This document shows, in pieces, positions 55,533 to 63,701 of a stretch of 64,000 nucleotides of DNA. Where the stretch lies: the NCBI GenBank assembly GCA_030681595.1, contig JAUXSB010000037.1:319-64318 (forward strand). The letters run 5' to 3'. The position numbers and the translations under genes were made by a program. This DNA comes from Candidatus Omnitrophota bacterium (lineage in GTDB: Bacteria; Omnitrophota; Gorgyraeia; Ghiorseimicrobiales; Ghiorseimicrobiaceae). Within the stretch, counting starts at the first letter, position 1; the number at the start of each line of letters is the position of its first letter. Under the pieces are notes generated by a model. The model searched no databases. It had not been told where the DNA came from and was given only the letters and a program-made list of their open reading frames with translations.

Positions 55533-55765
55533 TTATCGAGAAACGTAAAACTAACGGAACTTCTTCGCAGGCGAAATTTTTAGCCGTCTATTTCGCTTTA
55601 CGCCTTTAGGTGTTACGCTCCATAGAAGATTGTCGCTACACCTGCGCCGTAATTCCGCGTAGACCCGCCAGACTGACCCGCCAGAACGAAGTCGGGCTGG
55701 CGTTTGCCAAAAAATTTCTTATTGTGTGCTTTCAGAAATTCCATTAGTTTTGCGTACCTCTATAG
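55533..55765 (+). mobile_element. Full-length MITE-like element of family A (second copy, about 230 bp)
   Basis: Ends are ttatcgagaaacgtaaaactaacggaacttcttcgc and gaaattccattagttttgcgtacctctatag. The internal core matches 30041..30243 with one roughly 30-bp GC-rich insertion. Confidence 0.6.
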
Positions 55766-55844
55766 TTTTATTATTACGCCGCAGGCGTATAAATTTTTCC
55801 TCGGAGTTCCGGTCGAGGCGTTGGGATCGGCAGATTTTTATCTT

Positions 55845-55968
55845 TGCGCCGCAAAAGTATTTGCGGCATCAAACAAAAAGTACAAACTTTTATATACTTT
55901 TTGTTTGCGTCGTACAAGTATGTATGACATCAAACAAAATCTAATCGCCAGTCGGCAGATTTTGTTTG
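55845..55968 (+). promoter_or_regulatory. Cluster of three to four consecutive perfect palindromes sharing CATCAAACAAAA / TTTTGTTTG arms upstream of the glycogen genes
   Basis: Stems of 8 bp, 13 bp (AACAAAAAGTA/TACTTTTTGTT), 8 bp and 12 bp (CAAACAAAATCT/AGATTTTGTTTG). Confidence 0.35.
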
Positions 55969-56069
55969 ACAAAATATAAGATATAAGCAATAATCAATTT
56001 AAACAAGCGCAAACTAGAAATATTTATAGTTCTTAATATCGCTTTTGGAATAATCGAAGGAGATTATGT

Positions 56070-57356
56070 ATGATTTACTGGGCACCATTCCTACATTTTT
56101 ATCAACCGCCAACGCAGTTTCACGCGATCCTCAAGAAAATCTGCAAGGAATCTTACCGTCCTTTGCTGAAAGTATTCAGCGAGCATCCGCAGGCAAAAGT
56201 TACCGTCAACATTTCCGGCGTGCTTACCGAGACATGGAATGACCACGGCGCCGAAGATATTATCGCCGGTATTGCCGATTTAGGCAGAGACGGCAGGCTT
56301 GAATTTGTTGATTCGGCAAAATATCATCCGATTCTGCCGCTTATCCCCGAAGGAGAGATTCGCCGCCAGATTGAGCTTAATCATAAGACTAACGAGTATT
56401 TTTACAAGAAAGCGTATAAGCCGCGCGGTTTTTTTCCGCCGGAAATGTGCTATTCAAACAAAGTAGGCGGGATTTTAGCGGATTTAGGCTATGAGTGGGT
56501 AATCCTTTCCGGCGTAGCTTGCGCTGCCAGCTGGCCGTTAGATGTAATATATAAGGTAAATTTCGCTAAGAATAAACTGGCAACTTTTTTCCGCGACGAT
56601 ATTATCAGCAATAAGATAAGTTTCCAGAATGTAGACAGCCAGGGTTTTATGGCGGAGTTGATAGGCCTATCCAAGGGCAGGGAAGATATCTATGTGATTA
56701 CCGCTATGGATGCGGAGACTTTCGGCCATCATATCCAGAATTGGGAAAAATTATTTTTAGGGGAGTTATATGAAACGCTGGAAGGAGGCTCTCCTGAATA
56801 CGCCAGCATAAAACATGATGTAGACTTAGCCAAAGAGCATAAAGATATACTTGATTCAGAACTAATAGAAAAAATTCAGGTGGTTACTGTCAGCGAGCTG
56901 TTGGATAAATTTAGCTCAAAAGCCTCTCTTCAGCCGCATTCATCATCGTGGAGCACAAGCAAAGATGAGATAGCCGGGGCGAATTTTTATCCCTTATGGG
57001 ATAACCCTTTAAATCCGATACACAAATTACAATGGGAACATATCAATATTTGTTTTGAGTTGGTGGAGGCGGCAATAAAACTAAAAGGCAACAAAGAAAG
57101 CCAGCATTTTGCCGATGTTTCGCGTTCGCTTCTGGATCGGGCGATACACAGCTGCCAATTTTGGTGGGCTAATAAAGGCAAGATGTGGGATATTAATCTG
57201 GTTAATATGGGGTTGATACTTCAAGAGGAAGTTTTATTAAATGCTTATAAAGCAGTTTCGTCTTCCGGCTGTGAAGAAAAGATAAAGAAGAACAATTATC
57301 GTGCCTTAGTAGCGGCGCGGGATATTGCGTATAAAATCAGGGATTATTTATTTTAA
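56070..57356 (+). CDS. Glycoside hydrolase family 57 protein (alpha-glucan-active)
   Basis: N-terminal FLHFYQPP motif, corresponding to the GH57 HxHQP-type region; 428 aa. Confidence 0.75.
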   Translation: MIYWAPFLHFYQPPTQFHAILKKICKESYRPLLKVFSEHPQAKVTVNISGVLTETWNDHGAEDIIAGIADLGRDGRLEFVDSAKYHPILPLIPEGEIRRQIELNHKTNEYFYKKAYKPRGFFPPEMCYSNKVGGILADLGYEWVILSGVACAASWPLDVIYKVNFAKNKLATFFRDDIISNKISFQNVDSQGFMAELIGLSKGREDIYVITAMDAETFGHHIQNWEKLFLGELYETLEGGSPEYASIKHDVDLAKEHKDILDSELIEKIQVVTVSELLDKFSSKASLQPHSSSWSTSKDEIAGANFYPLWDNPLNPIHKLQWEHINICFELVEAAIKLKGNKESQHFADVSRSLLDRAIHSCQFWWANKGKMWDINLVNMGLILQEEVLLNAYKAVSSSGCEEKIKKNNYRALVAARDIAYKIRDYLF

Positions 57357-57431
57357 AGTAATAGGAAATTATATCACCCCGCGGTGTAAAAACTTCACAC
57401 CGCGGGGGTGTGAAAAGAAGGGGGTTTTTAA

Positions 57432-58865
57432 ATGAAAATCGTATTGGTTTCTCCGGAGGTTGCTCCTTTTGCAAAAACAGGCGGCTTGGCAGATGTATCC
57501 GGCGCTTTACCGGTAGCACTTAATAATTTCGGTAAGGCCCATAAGTGCACGGTGATAATGCCGTATTACAAGCTGGTGCAAAAAAACGGTTTTAAGCCGA
57601 AATTAGTCAGAACCGAAAGGATTCCCCTTGGCAATAATCAATTTAACGCGGAAATATTTTTCGGGCGGTATGAAAATACCGATGTCTATTTTATCGGCAA
57701 CGATCAATTTTACGCGCGTGACCAGCTTTATGGCACACCCGGCGGAGACTATCCCGACAATCACCTGCGTTTTGCCTTTTTTGCCAAAGCCGTTGTTTCC
57801 GTAATTGATTATTTAGGCGGAGCAGATATTGTGCACTGCAATGACTGGCAGTCGGCGCTCGTGATATTTTATTTAAAACTTTTAGAAAAAGAACACCGTA
57901 TCAAGACGCTTTTTACGATTCATAATATGGCCTATCAGGGGTTATTTGACCCGTCGCTCGCGCAGTCAATAGATATCCCGCCGGAATACTTTAGTATGGA
58001 TACCTTGGAATTTTACGGAAAATTAAGTTTTATGAAGGCGGGTATTTTATATGCTGACGCGGTAAGCACGGTAAGTAAAGGCTATGCCAAGGAAATCCTG
58101 ACTCCGGAGTTTGGCTGCGGTTTGGACGGCCTACTGCGTAGCCGTCTTTCTTCCTTATACGGTATCCTTAACGGCGCGGATTATAATGAATGGAATCCGA
58201 AGATCGACAAATATATCGCCAAAAATTTTGACGAGCATAATCTCGACGGAAAAACAGAATGTAAAAAAGACCTCTTAAAAGCCTTTGGGCTTAAGTATGA
58301 CGCTAAAAAGCCGGTCTTAGGCTTGGTAACCCGCCTTGCCGAGCAGAAGGGCATTGATTTAATTGCCGAGCGCATTGAGCAGATGCTTGACTTGGGGACT
58401 TATTTTATCCTCTTGGGTACCGGCAGCGAGAAGTATAATAATTTATTCAGCGAGCTTGCAAAGAAACACCACGGTTCTGTCGGTGTAAGGATCGGTTTTG
58501 ATAATTCTTTAGCGCATAAAATTGAAGCAGGCAGCGACATGTTCCTGATGCCTTCGCGTTATGAACCATGCGGGTTAAACCAGATGTACAGCTTGAAATA
58601 CGGTACAGTACCTCTGGTGCGCGCAACCGGCGGCTTGGATGATACTATTGAAGATTTTAATCCCGCTAACAATAAAGGCAATGGGTTTAAATTTGTCGAA
58701 GCATCCGCCGAGGCATTCTACACGACTTTGGAACGGGCGGTTAATCTTTATAAAGATAAGAAGAAATGGCTCGCTTTGCAGAAAAACGGGCTTAAATGCG
58801 ATTTTTCCTGGAATAAATCTGCCGGGGATTATGTTGAATTGTTCGAGAAGATATTGTTTCGTTAG
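57432..58865 (+). CDS. glgA: Glycogen synthase
   Basis: SPEVAPFAKTGGLADV N-terminal motif of GT5 glycogen/starch synthases; 477 aa. Confidence 0.9.
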   Translation: MKIVLVSPEVAPFAKTGGLADVSGALPVALNNFGKAHKCTVIMPYYKLVQKNGFKPKLVRTERIPLGNNQFNAEIFFGRYENTDVYFIGNDQFYARDQLYGTPGGDYPDNHLRFAFFAKAVVSVIDYLGGADIVHCNDWQSALVIFYLKLLEKEHRIKTLFTIHNMAYQGLFDPSLAQSIDIPPEYFSMDTLEFYGKLSFMKAGILYADAVSTVSKGYAKEILTPEFGCGLDGLLRSRLSSLYGILNGADYNEWNPKIDKYIAKNFDEHNLDGKTECKKDLLKAFGLKYDAKKPVLGLVTRLAEQKGIDLIAERIEQMLDLGTYFILLGTGSEKYNNLFSELAKKHHGSVGVRIGFDNSLAHKIEAGSDMFLMPSRYEPCGLNQMYSLKYGTVPLVRATGGLDDTIEDFNPANNKGNGFKFVEASAEAFYTTLERAVNLYKDKKKWLALQKNGLKCDFSWNKSAGDYVELFEKILFR

Positions 58866-58897
58866 GAGCTAGTCTGATTTCTCTCAGAACGACCGGG

Positions 58898-58946
58898 TTT
58901 CCACCTCCGAGGTGGCCGAAGGTCTCCCCGGAGGTGGAAAACGGTT
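58898..58946 (+). repeat. REP-like GC-rich hairpin (TTCCACCTCCGAGG TGGCCGAAGGTCT CCCCGGAGGTGGAA AACGGTT)
   Basis: One of three related copies (also 61009 and 62890). Lies in the 5' region of the large GH57 gene. Confidence 0.55.
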
Positions 58947-58962
58947 CAGTAATGTGTAAACT

Positions 58963-61035
58963 ATGAACGAAGCCTATCTGGCGTTAGCGTTTCACCTGCA
59001 TCAGCCAATAGGAAATTTTGAGTCAGTTATCGACAGGGCCTACCAAAATTGTTACCGGCCGTTTATTGACCTTTTTGCCGCATACTCCGATATAAAATTT
59101 TCTTTGCATATTTCCGGCTGTCTCCTTGATTATTTAGAGGCAAAACAGCCTGATTTTTTAAACAAACTTAAGAAAATGGTTGCTTGCGGCCAATTAGAGC
59201 TTATGTCCGGCGGCTATTACGAGCCGATATTAATAGCGATACCTGAACGCGATGTCTTGGGGCAGATCGCAATGATGTCGGATTACGTCAGGAAGAAATT
59301 TGATTATAAGCCTCAAGGAATGTGGATACCGGAAAGGGTTTGGGATCCAAAGTTACCCCCGGTTATTAATAAGGCAAAAATAAAGTATTGTATATTGGAT
59401 GATACGCATTTTCTTAAGGCGGGGTTGGCTAAGGATAGGCTCTATGGTTATTTCTTGACCGGTGGCGGCAAGGGAAAGGTGGCAGTTTTCCCCTCCGATA
59501 AAAAGCTGCGCTACTCCATTCCTTTTGCGCCGGTTTCCGAAGTAATGGCTTATTTTATGGAAATCGCAACGGCGCATGAGAATCCTTTGTTTACTTATGG
59601 TGACGACGGGGAGAAATTCGGCGAATGGCCGGGTACTTATAAATGGGTATATGAAGAAAAATGGCTGGTGAATTTTTTAAATGAGTTGCGTAAAAACAGC
59701 ACATGGCTTACGACCGTGCATTTTAGCGATTATCTGGAAACTTATCCGGCCCTTGGCGAAATTGAAATACCTCAAAGCTCTTACGATGAAATGCTGGAAT
59801 GGACCGGCGGCTCATGGCTTAATTTTCTTACGAAGTATCCCGAATCAGGCCAGATGCATAAGAAAATGCTTTATGTCAGCGAAAAACTTAGCGCTACTCG
59901 CGTTAAAACAAAAAGCGATATAAATAAGCTTAATCAGGCAAAGTGTTTGCTCTATAAAGGGCAATGTAACTGCGCTTATTGGCACGGGGTCTTTGGCGGC
60001 CTGTATCTGTATCATTTGCGTAGCGCGATATACGCGAACCTTATCCAGGCTGATAAAAAAGCGGATGAGCTTTTACATAAAAAAGATAATTTGTGGCAGG
60101 AGGTAAAAATAATTGACTTTGATTACGATGGTAAAAAAGAAATCGTAGTAGAAAACGCCGACTTTTCGTTGTATTTTGACCCGCAGGACGGCGGGGTATT
60201 AAAGGAATTGGATTTCCGGCCGAATAATATCAATTTAGTTAATACTTTGGCGCGCCGCAAGGAAACATATCACGAAAAGATCAAGGAGGCGATGAACAAG
60301 AGTACCGGGTGCGGCAAACCTTTGCCCGCGACAATACATGGCGATATCAGGGCAGTGGACTCATTGATCAGCCAAAAGCTGATTTACGACCGTTTTGGGC
60401 GCTATTGTTTAAGGGAGTATTTTATCAGCCCGGAAACTAAGCGTACCTCTTTTATGGATAATTCTTTTGAAGAGCTGGGGGATTTTTCCGGAGCCACCTA
60501 TCAGGTAAAAAAAGAGAATACTGGTATAGCGCTTTATAGCCGCGGCCATATCGGAGGGAGCGCGGCCGTCCTTTCCAAGCGGATTGGCCTAAAGTCAGCA
60601 ACGATAGCGGTTGATTATTCCATTGAGAATAAGGCCGCCAAGACGCCTGATGTTTTGTTTGCCGTAGAGTTTAACCTTACCCTGCCGTTTTTAAACGATA
60701 AGCGGTATCGTTATTTTGCGCTCAGCTGTGGCAGCAAAAGAGGTGCTAGCATATTGGGTGATTTAGATAAGGATGGCGCGCTAAGCAATGTTTCTTCTTT
60801 TGGCATAAAGGATAAAGAAGAGGGCTTAGGCATTTGTTTTGAGTTCCCGGATGCGGCAAGCGAGGTGTGGTATTTTCCGGTAAGCACTGTTTCACAGTCA
60901 GAGCGGGCGTATGAGTTAAATTTTCAGTGCGCCTGCGTTGTCCTGCTTTGGCGCCTGAATTTTACTAAATCCAAGCATTATAACCGCAAGATAAATATAG
61001 CGTTAGGTACACCCCCGAGGTGGCCGAAAGACTAA
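58963..61035 (+). CDS. Large GH57-family enzyme (alpha-amylase, 4-alpha-glucanotransferase or branching-enzyme type)
   Basis: HLHQPIGNF (GH57 HxHQP) N-terminal motif; 690 aa. The last roughly 9 codons read into the REP element. Confidence 0.8.
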   Translation: MNEAYLALAFHLHQPIGNFESVIDRAYQNCYRPFIDLFAAYSDIKFSLHISGCLLDYLEAKQPDFLNKLKKMVACGQLELMSGGYYEPILIAIPERDVLGQIAMMSDYVRKKFDYKPQGMWIPERVWDPKLPPVINKAKIKYCILDDTHFLKAGLAKDRLYGYFLTGGGKGKVAVFPSDKKLRYSIPFAPVSEVMAYFMEIATAHENPLFTYGDDGEKFGEWPGTYKWVYEEKWLVNFLNELRKNSTWLTTVHFSDYLETYPALGEIEIPQSSYDEMLEWTGGSWLNFLTKYPESGQMHKKMLYVSEKLSATRVKTKSDINKLNQAKCLLYKGQCNCAYWHGVFGGLYLYHLRSAIYANLIQADKKADELLHKKDNLWQEVKIIDFDYDGKKEIVVENADFSLYFDPQDGGVLKELDFRPNNINLVNTLARRKETYHEKIKEAMNKSTGCGKPLPATIHGDIRAVDSLISQKLIYDRFGRYCLREYFISPETKRTSFMDNSFEELGDFSGATYQVKKENTGIALYSRGHIGGSAAVLSKRIGLKSATIAVDYSIENKAAKTPDVLFAVEFNLTLPFLNDKRYRYFALSCGSKRGASILGDLDKDGALSNVSSFGIKDKEEGLGICFEFPDAASEVWYFPVSTVSQSERAYELNFQCACVVLLWRLNFTKSKHYNRKINIALGTPPRWPKD

Positions 61036-61083
61036 GACACCTCCGGGGTGGCCGAAGGTCTCCCCGGAGGTGAAGAACGGTTT
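61009..61083 (+). repeat. REP-like element, tandem double copy (CACCCCCGAGGTGGCCGAAAGACT... then CACCTCCGGGGTGGCCGAAGGTCTCCCCGGAGGTGAAGAACGGTT)
   Basis: Two units of the TGGCCGAAGRNCT loop motif flanked by CCTCCGRGG/CCYCGGAGG arms. Confidence 0.55.
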
Positions 61084-61097
61084 GGTAAAAAAAACAC

Positions 61098-61126
61098 TTG
61101 ACAGTAAAACCTTTTTTTGTTAAATT
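61098..61126 (+). promoter_or_regulatory. Sigma-70-type promoter (TTGACA, 17-nt spacer, TAAATT) with a roughly 190-nt leader before the OMP gene
   Basis: Hexamers at 61098-61103 and 61121-61126. Confidence 0.4.
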
Positions 61127-61310
61127 CATAACAACAGCTTTTATACCGCCAGAGATAGCTTCATTATGACGCGGAAGGAGGTGGCAAGCTAAAGTCAGAA
61201 GTTATAATCTACTGGTGATATACTGATAAAATAATTCCTAGGAGTAATTGATTGAACCTAGTTTAGTAAATAGATCGGAATTTTTTAGATTAACCAAAAG
61301 GAGGGAATAA

Positions 61311-62801
61311 ATGGGTAAACGTTTGATGATGTTGGCAGTGGCAGTATTGGCGTTAGCTATCGCTATGCCAGCCTTTGCCGCGGTTCAGAACGTAAAAGTA
61401 GGCGGAGATTTAACCGTCAAAGCGTTGGACAGGTATAACTTTGCCTTAGGCTCAACCGATGTAACCGGCAGTGGTGGGCACCAGAATCTGATTTTATCTA
61501 TCGCCCGCTTAAGAGTTGACGCAGAGTTAACGGATAACGTTTCCGCGGTTATCAGATTATTAAACGAGCGTAGATGGGATACGGAAGATGCCGCGAATAC
61601 CGATGTAACCCTTGACTTAGCTTATGTGACCTTAAAGGAATTCCTTTATTCTCCTTTAACCGCAAGCATTGGCCGTCAGGAGCTGCATTTCGGTAACGAT
61701 TTAGTTATCGGCGATGTGGACACCAATGGCGTAGCTTCCGCAGCATCTGATTTAATGGCAGGTACAGGCGGCGGTACTTTAACTGATGTCGCTGATTTAA
61801 GCGCGCGTAAGGCATTTGATGCGATTCGTGCTACCTTAAATTATACTGTTTCAGATCAGCCATTAGCAGTGGATTTGGTTTATGCTAAAATTGCTGAAAA
61901 TACCACAAATATAGATGATGATGTTAATCTCTACGGTGTGAATGCTAACTATGTGGTTAACGATGATCTTTTAGCTGAAGCGTATGCATGGGCCAGAGAA
62001 AGAAGGCCTAGAGTAGGCGGTACCGTAAGCGATACTATTACTGCCGGTCAGGAATACCGTAAACTGGAACCAGAGAGATTGACGACATTTGGTACCAGAG
62101 GCGTTTATACCGGGGTAGAAAATCTTACCCTGCAGGGTGAATATGCTTTACAGTTAGGAAACAAATATATGGATTCATCAGCTCTGCCTAATTTAGTAAC
62201 CGTAAACGGCAATGCTGCTAATCCGTTTGGATACAGGGTTGAAGATGAGCTCGTACGCCATGAAGCATGGGCATTGCAGTTAATCGCAAGCTATGCTTTA
62301 AAAGATGTGCGCCATAATCCTGTTTTAGGGGCATCTTATACGCATCTATCCGGTGAAAATCCTTCCACTTGTTCTGGTGGTCAAGGCACCAAATGGAACG
62401 GCTGGGATGCAATGTATGAAAATCAGGCAACCGGCACAATCTGGAATAAACTGCTTGGGTTTTCTAACGTAGACTTGTTTAACGTAAACGGAAGCCTTAA
62501 GCCTGATTTTGTGGATGACCTCACGGTTCTGGCGAATTGGTATCACATTCTTTTAGACAAGCCTTTGCATAGCGGCGACACCGCGCAGGCTATTCTTACC
62601 GGGATTGCCGGCGGACAGAGCTATGTAATAGGCAACGATAAGCACCTCGGTGATGAAATAGATGTAGATTTAATCTATGACTATACCGAAGATGTGCAAT
62701 TAGGTTTAAACCTTGGCGTGTTTCTTCCCGGGGATGCTTTTAATTCAGTAAATAAGGATGCTGCCACTCAAGCAATTGCTTCAATGAAAGTAGCGTTCTA
62801 A
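61311..62801 (+). CDS. Outer-membrane beta-barrel protein candidate (putative porin), family unknown
   Basis: Signal peptide (AMPAFA/AVQ), alternating-polarity strands and a C-terminal ...MKVAF, in which the terminal aromatic is typical of OMPs. Confidence 0.5.
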   Translation: MGKRLMMLAVAVLALAIAMPAFAAVQNVKVGGDLTVKALDRYNFALGSTDVTGSGGHQNLILSIARLRVDAELTDNVSAVIRLLNERRWDTEDAANTDVTLDLAYVTLKEFLYSPLTASIGRQELHFGNDLVIGDVDTNGVASAASDLMAGTGGGTLTDVADLSARKAFDAIRATLNYTVSDQPLAVDLVYAKIAENTTNIDDDVNLYGVNANYVVNDDLLAEAYAWARERRPRVGGTVSDTITAGQEYRKLEPERLTTFGTRGVYTGVENLTLQGEYALQLGNKYMDSSALPNLVTVNGNAANPFGYRVEDELVRHEAWALQLIASYALKDVRHNPVLGASYTHLSGENPSTCSGGQGTKWNGWDAMYENQATGTIWNKLLGFSNVDLFNVNGSLKPDFVDDLTVLANWYHILLDKPLHSGDTAQAILTGIAGGQSYVIGNDKHLGDEIDVDLIYDYTEDVQLGLNLGVFLPGDAFNSVNKDAATQAIASMKVAF

Positions 62802-62820
62802 GTTAGTTAACAACGAATAC

Positions 62821-62860
62821 AAAAAACCCTCGGGGGTTAATTCCTCCGAGGGTTTTTTGT
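62821..62860 (+). terminator. Rho-independent terminator after the OMP gene
   Basis: AACCCTCGG stem, 12-nt loop, CCGAGGGTT, then TTTTTGTTG. Confidence 0.7.
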
Positions 62861-62888
62861 TGCCCTGATAATAATTTCTTGGTATAAT
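62860..62888 (+). promoter_or_regulatory. Candidate sigma-70 promoter (TTGCCC, 17-nt spacer, TATAAT) reading into the third REP hairpin
   Basis: Hexamers at 62860-62865 and 62883-62888. Confidence 0.35.
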
Positions 62889-62889
62889 T

Positions 62890-62952
62890 AAACACCTCCG
62901 AGGTGGCCGAAGGTCTCCTCGGAGGTGGAGAGCGGTTCGCCGGAGGTGTTTC
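62890..62952 (+). repeat. REP-like element (third copy) with a nested outer stem AAACACCTCCG/CGGAGGTGTTT
   Basis: AAACACCTCCGAGGTGGCCGAAGGTCTCCTCGGAGGTGGAGAGCGGTTCGCCGGAGGTGTTTC. Confidence 0.55.
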
Positions 62953-62997
62953 AAGTTTGTATTTTTTGTTGACACTAGATATATAAATTGCTAAAAT

Positions 62998-63591
62998 ATG
63001 AGAAATAGAGAAATATACGATCGTATAGCCGACACCTATTTAGGAAAAGTCAGCCATAAAAAATCCGGCAACGGAAAAAATAAAAAGAAAAAATGGATTA
63101 TAATTACGACGGTAATAAATGTAATAATTTTAGTTACCGTCTTTTTTTTGGCTAGAGCCGCTCTTTTACATTACAAGGAAGGACTTGATAGGGAAACTAG
63201 TGCTGCAATTTATATTTTATCCGAGCGCTATCCCTTAAAGTTATCTTATAATTTAGCGCCGCCTTATTTAGGGATAAAAGATTTTACCTTTTCTCTGCCG
63301 CTTGTTGATGCGAGCAAATTTAGCTTTTTAAAACTAAGAGCGAGAGGAGACGGTAAGGCCGGGTTTACCGCGGTATTAAAAGTAGAAATAAGAAATCAGA
63401 GAAATGAGAAAGATTTATATTACCTGAAAGGTATTTCAAGCAAATGGCAAGATTTTTCTATTGGGTTCTCCGAATTTAAAAATATCACTGATTGGTCGAA
63501 TATAGGAGAGTTGTCTTTTGTTTTTGAGGATTGGAATGTAAGCGAAAAAGAAGGCATTCTATATATTGATAATATAAGATTTAGTGAATGA
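62998..63591 (+). CDS. Hypothetical membrane-anchored protein (Lys-rich cytoplasmic N-terminus, one TM segment, about 140-aa C-terminal domain)
   Basis: KKKKWIIITTVINVIILVTVFFLA TM anchor. No family recognised. Confidence 0.45.
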   Translation: MRNREIYDRIADTYLGKVSHKKSGNGKNKKKKWIIITTVINVIILVTVFFLARAALLHYKEGLDRETSAAIYILSERYPLKLSYNLAPPYLGIKDFTFSLPLVDASKFSFLKLRARGDGKAGFTAVLKVEIRNQRNEKDLYYLKGISSKWQDFSIGFSEFKNITDWSNIGELSFVFEDWNVSEKEGILYIDNIRFSE

Positions 63592-63701
63592 GCCAAAGAA
63601 ATTTATCCCTCGCCTAGATACTTGCCCCGAAACTTCGGGACTACGTAGGCTTCGGGATCAATTCGCCCCGCCTATGGCGGGGCTCATTGAGGAGGGTTAT
63701 A

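Noticed and set aside
58898-58946. GC-rich REP hairpins considered as intrinsic terminators
   Set aside because: No copy is followed by a U-tract. Bona fide terminators in this window (21676, 24510, 62821) all have a run of five or more T. One REP copy lies downstream of a promoter.
62998-63591. Hypothetical membrane-anchored protein considered as a partner of ParA (ParB-like or positioning adaptor)
   Set aside because: It has no HTH or ParB-box features and the parA gene has its own leader hairpin. The association is unsupported.
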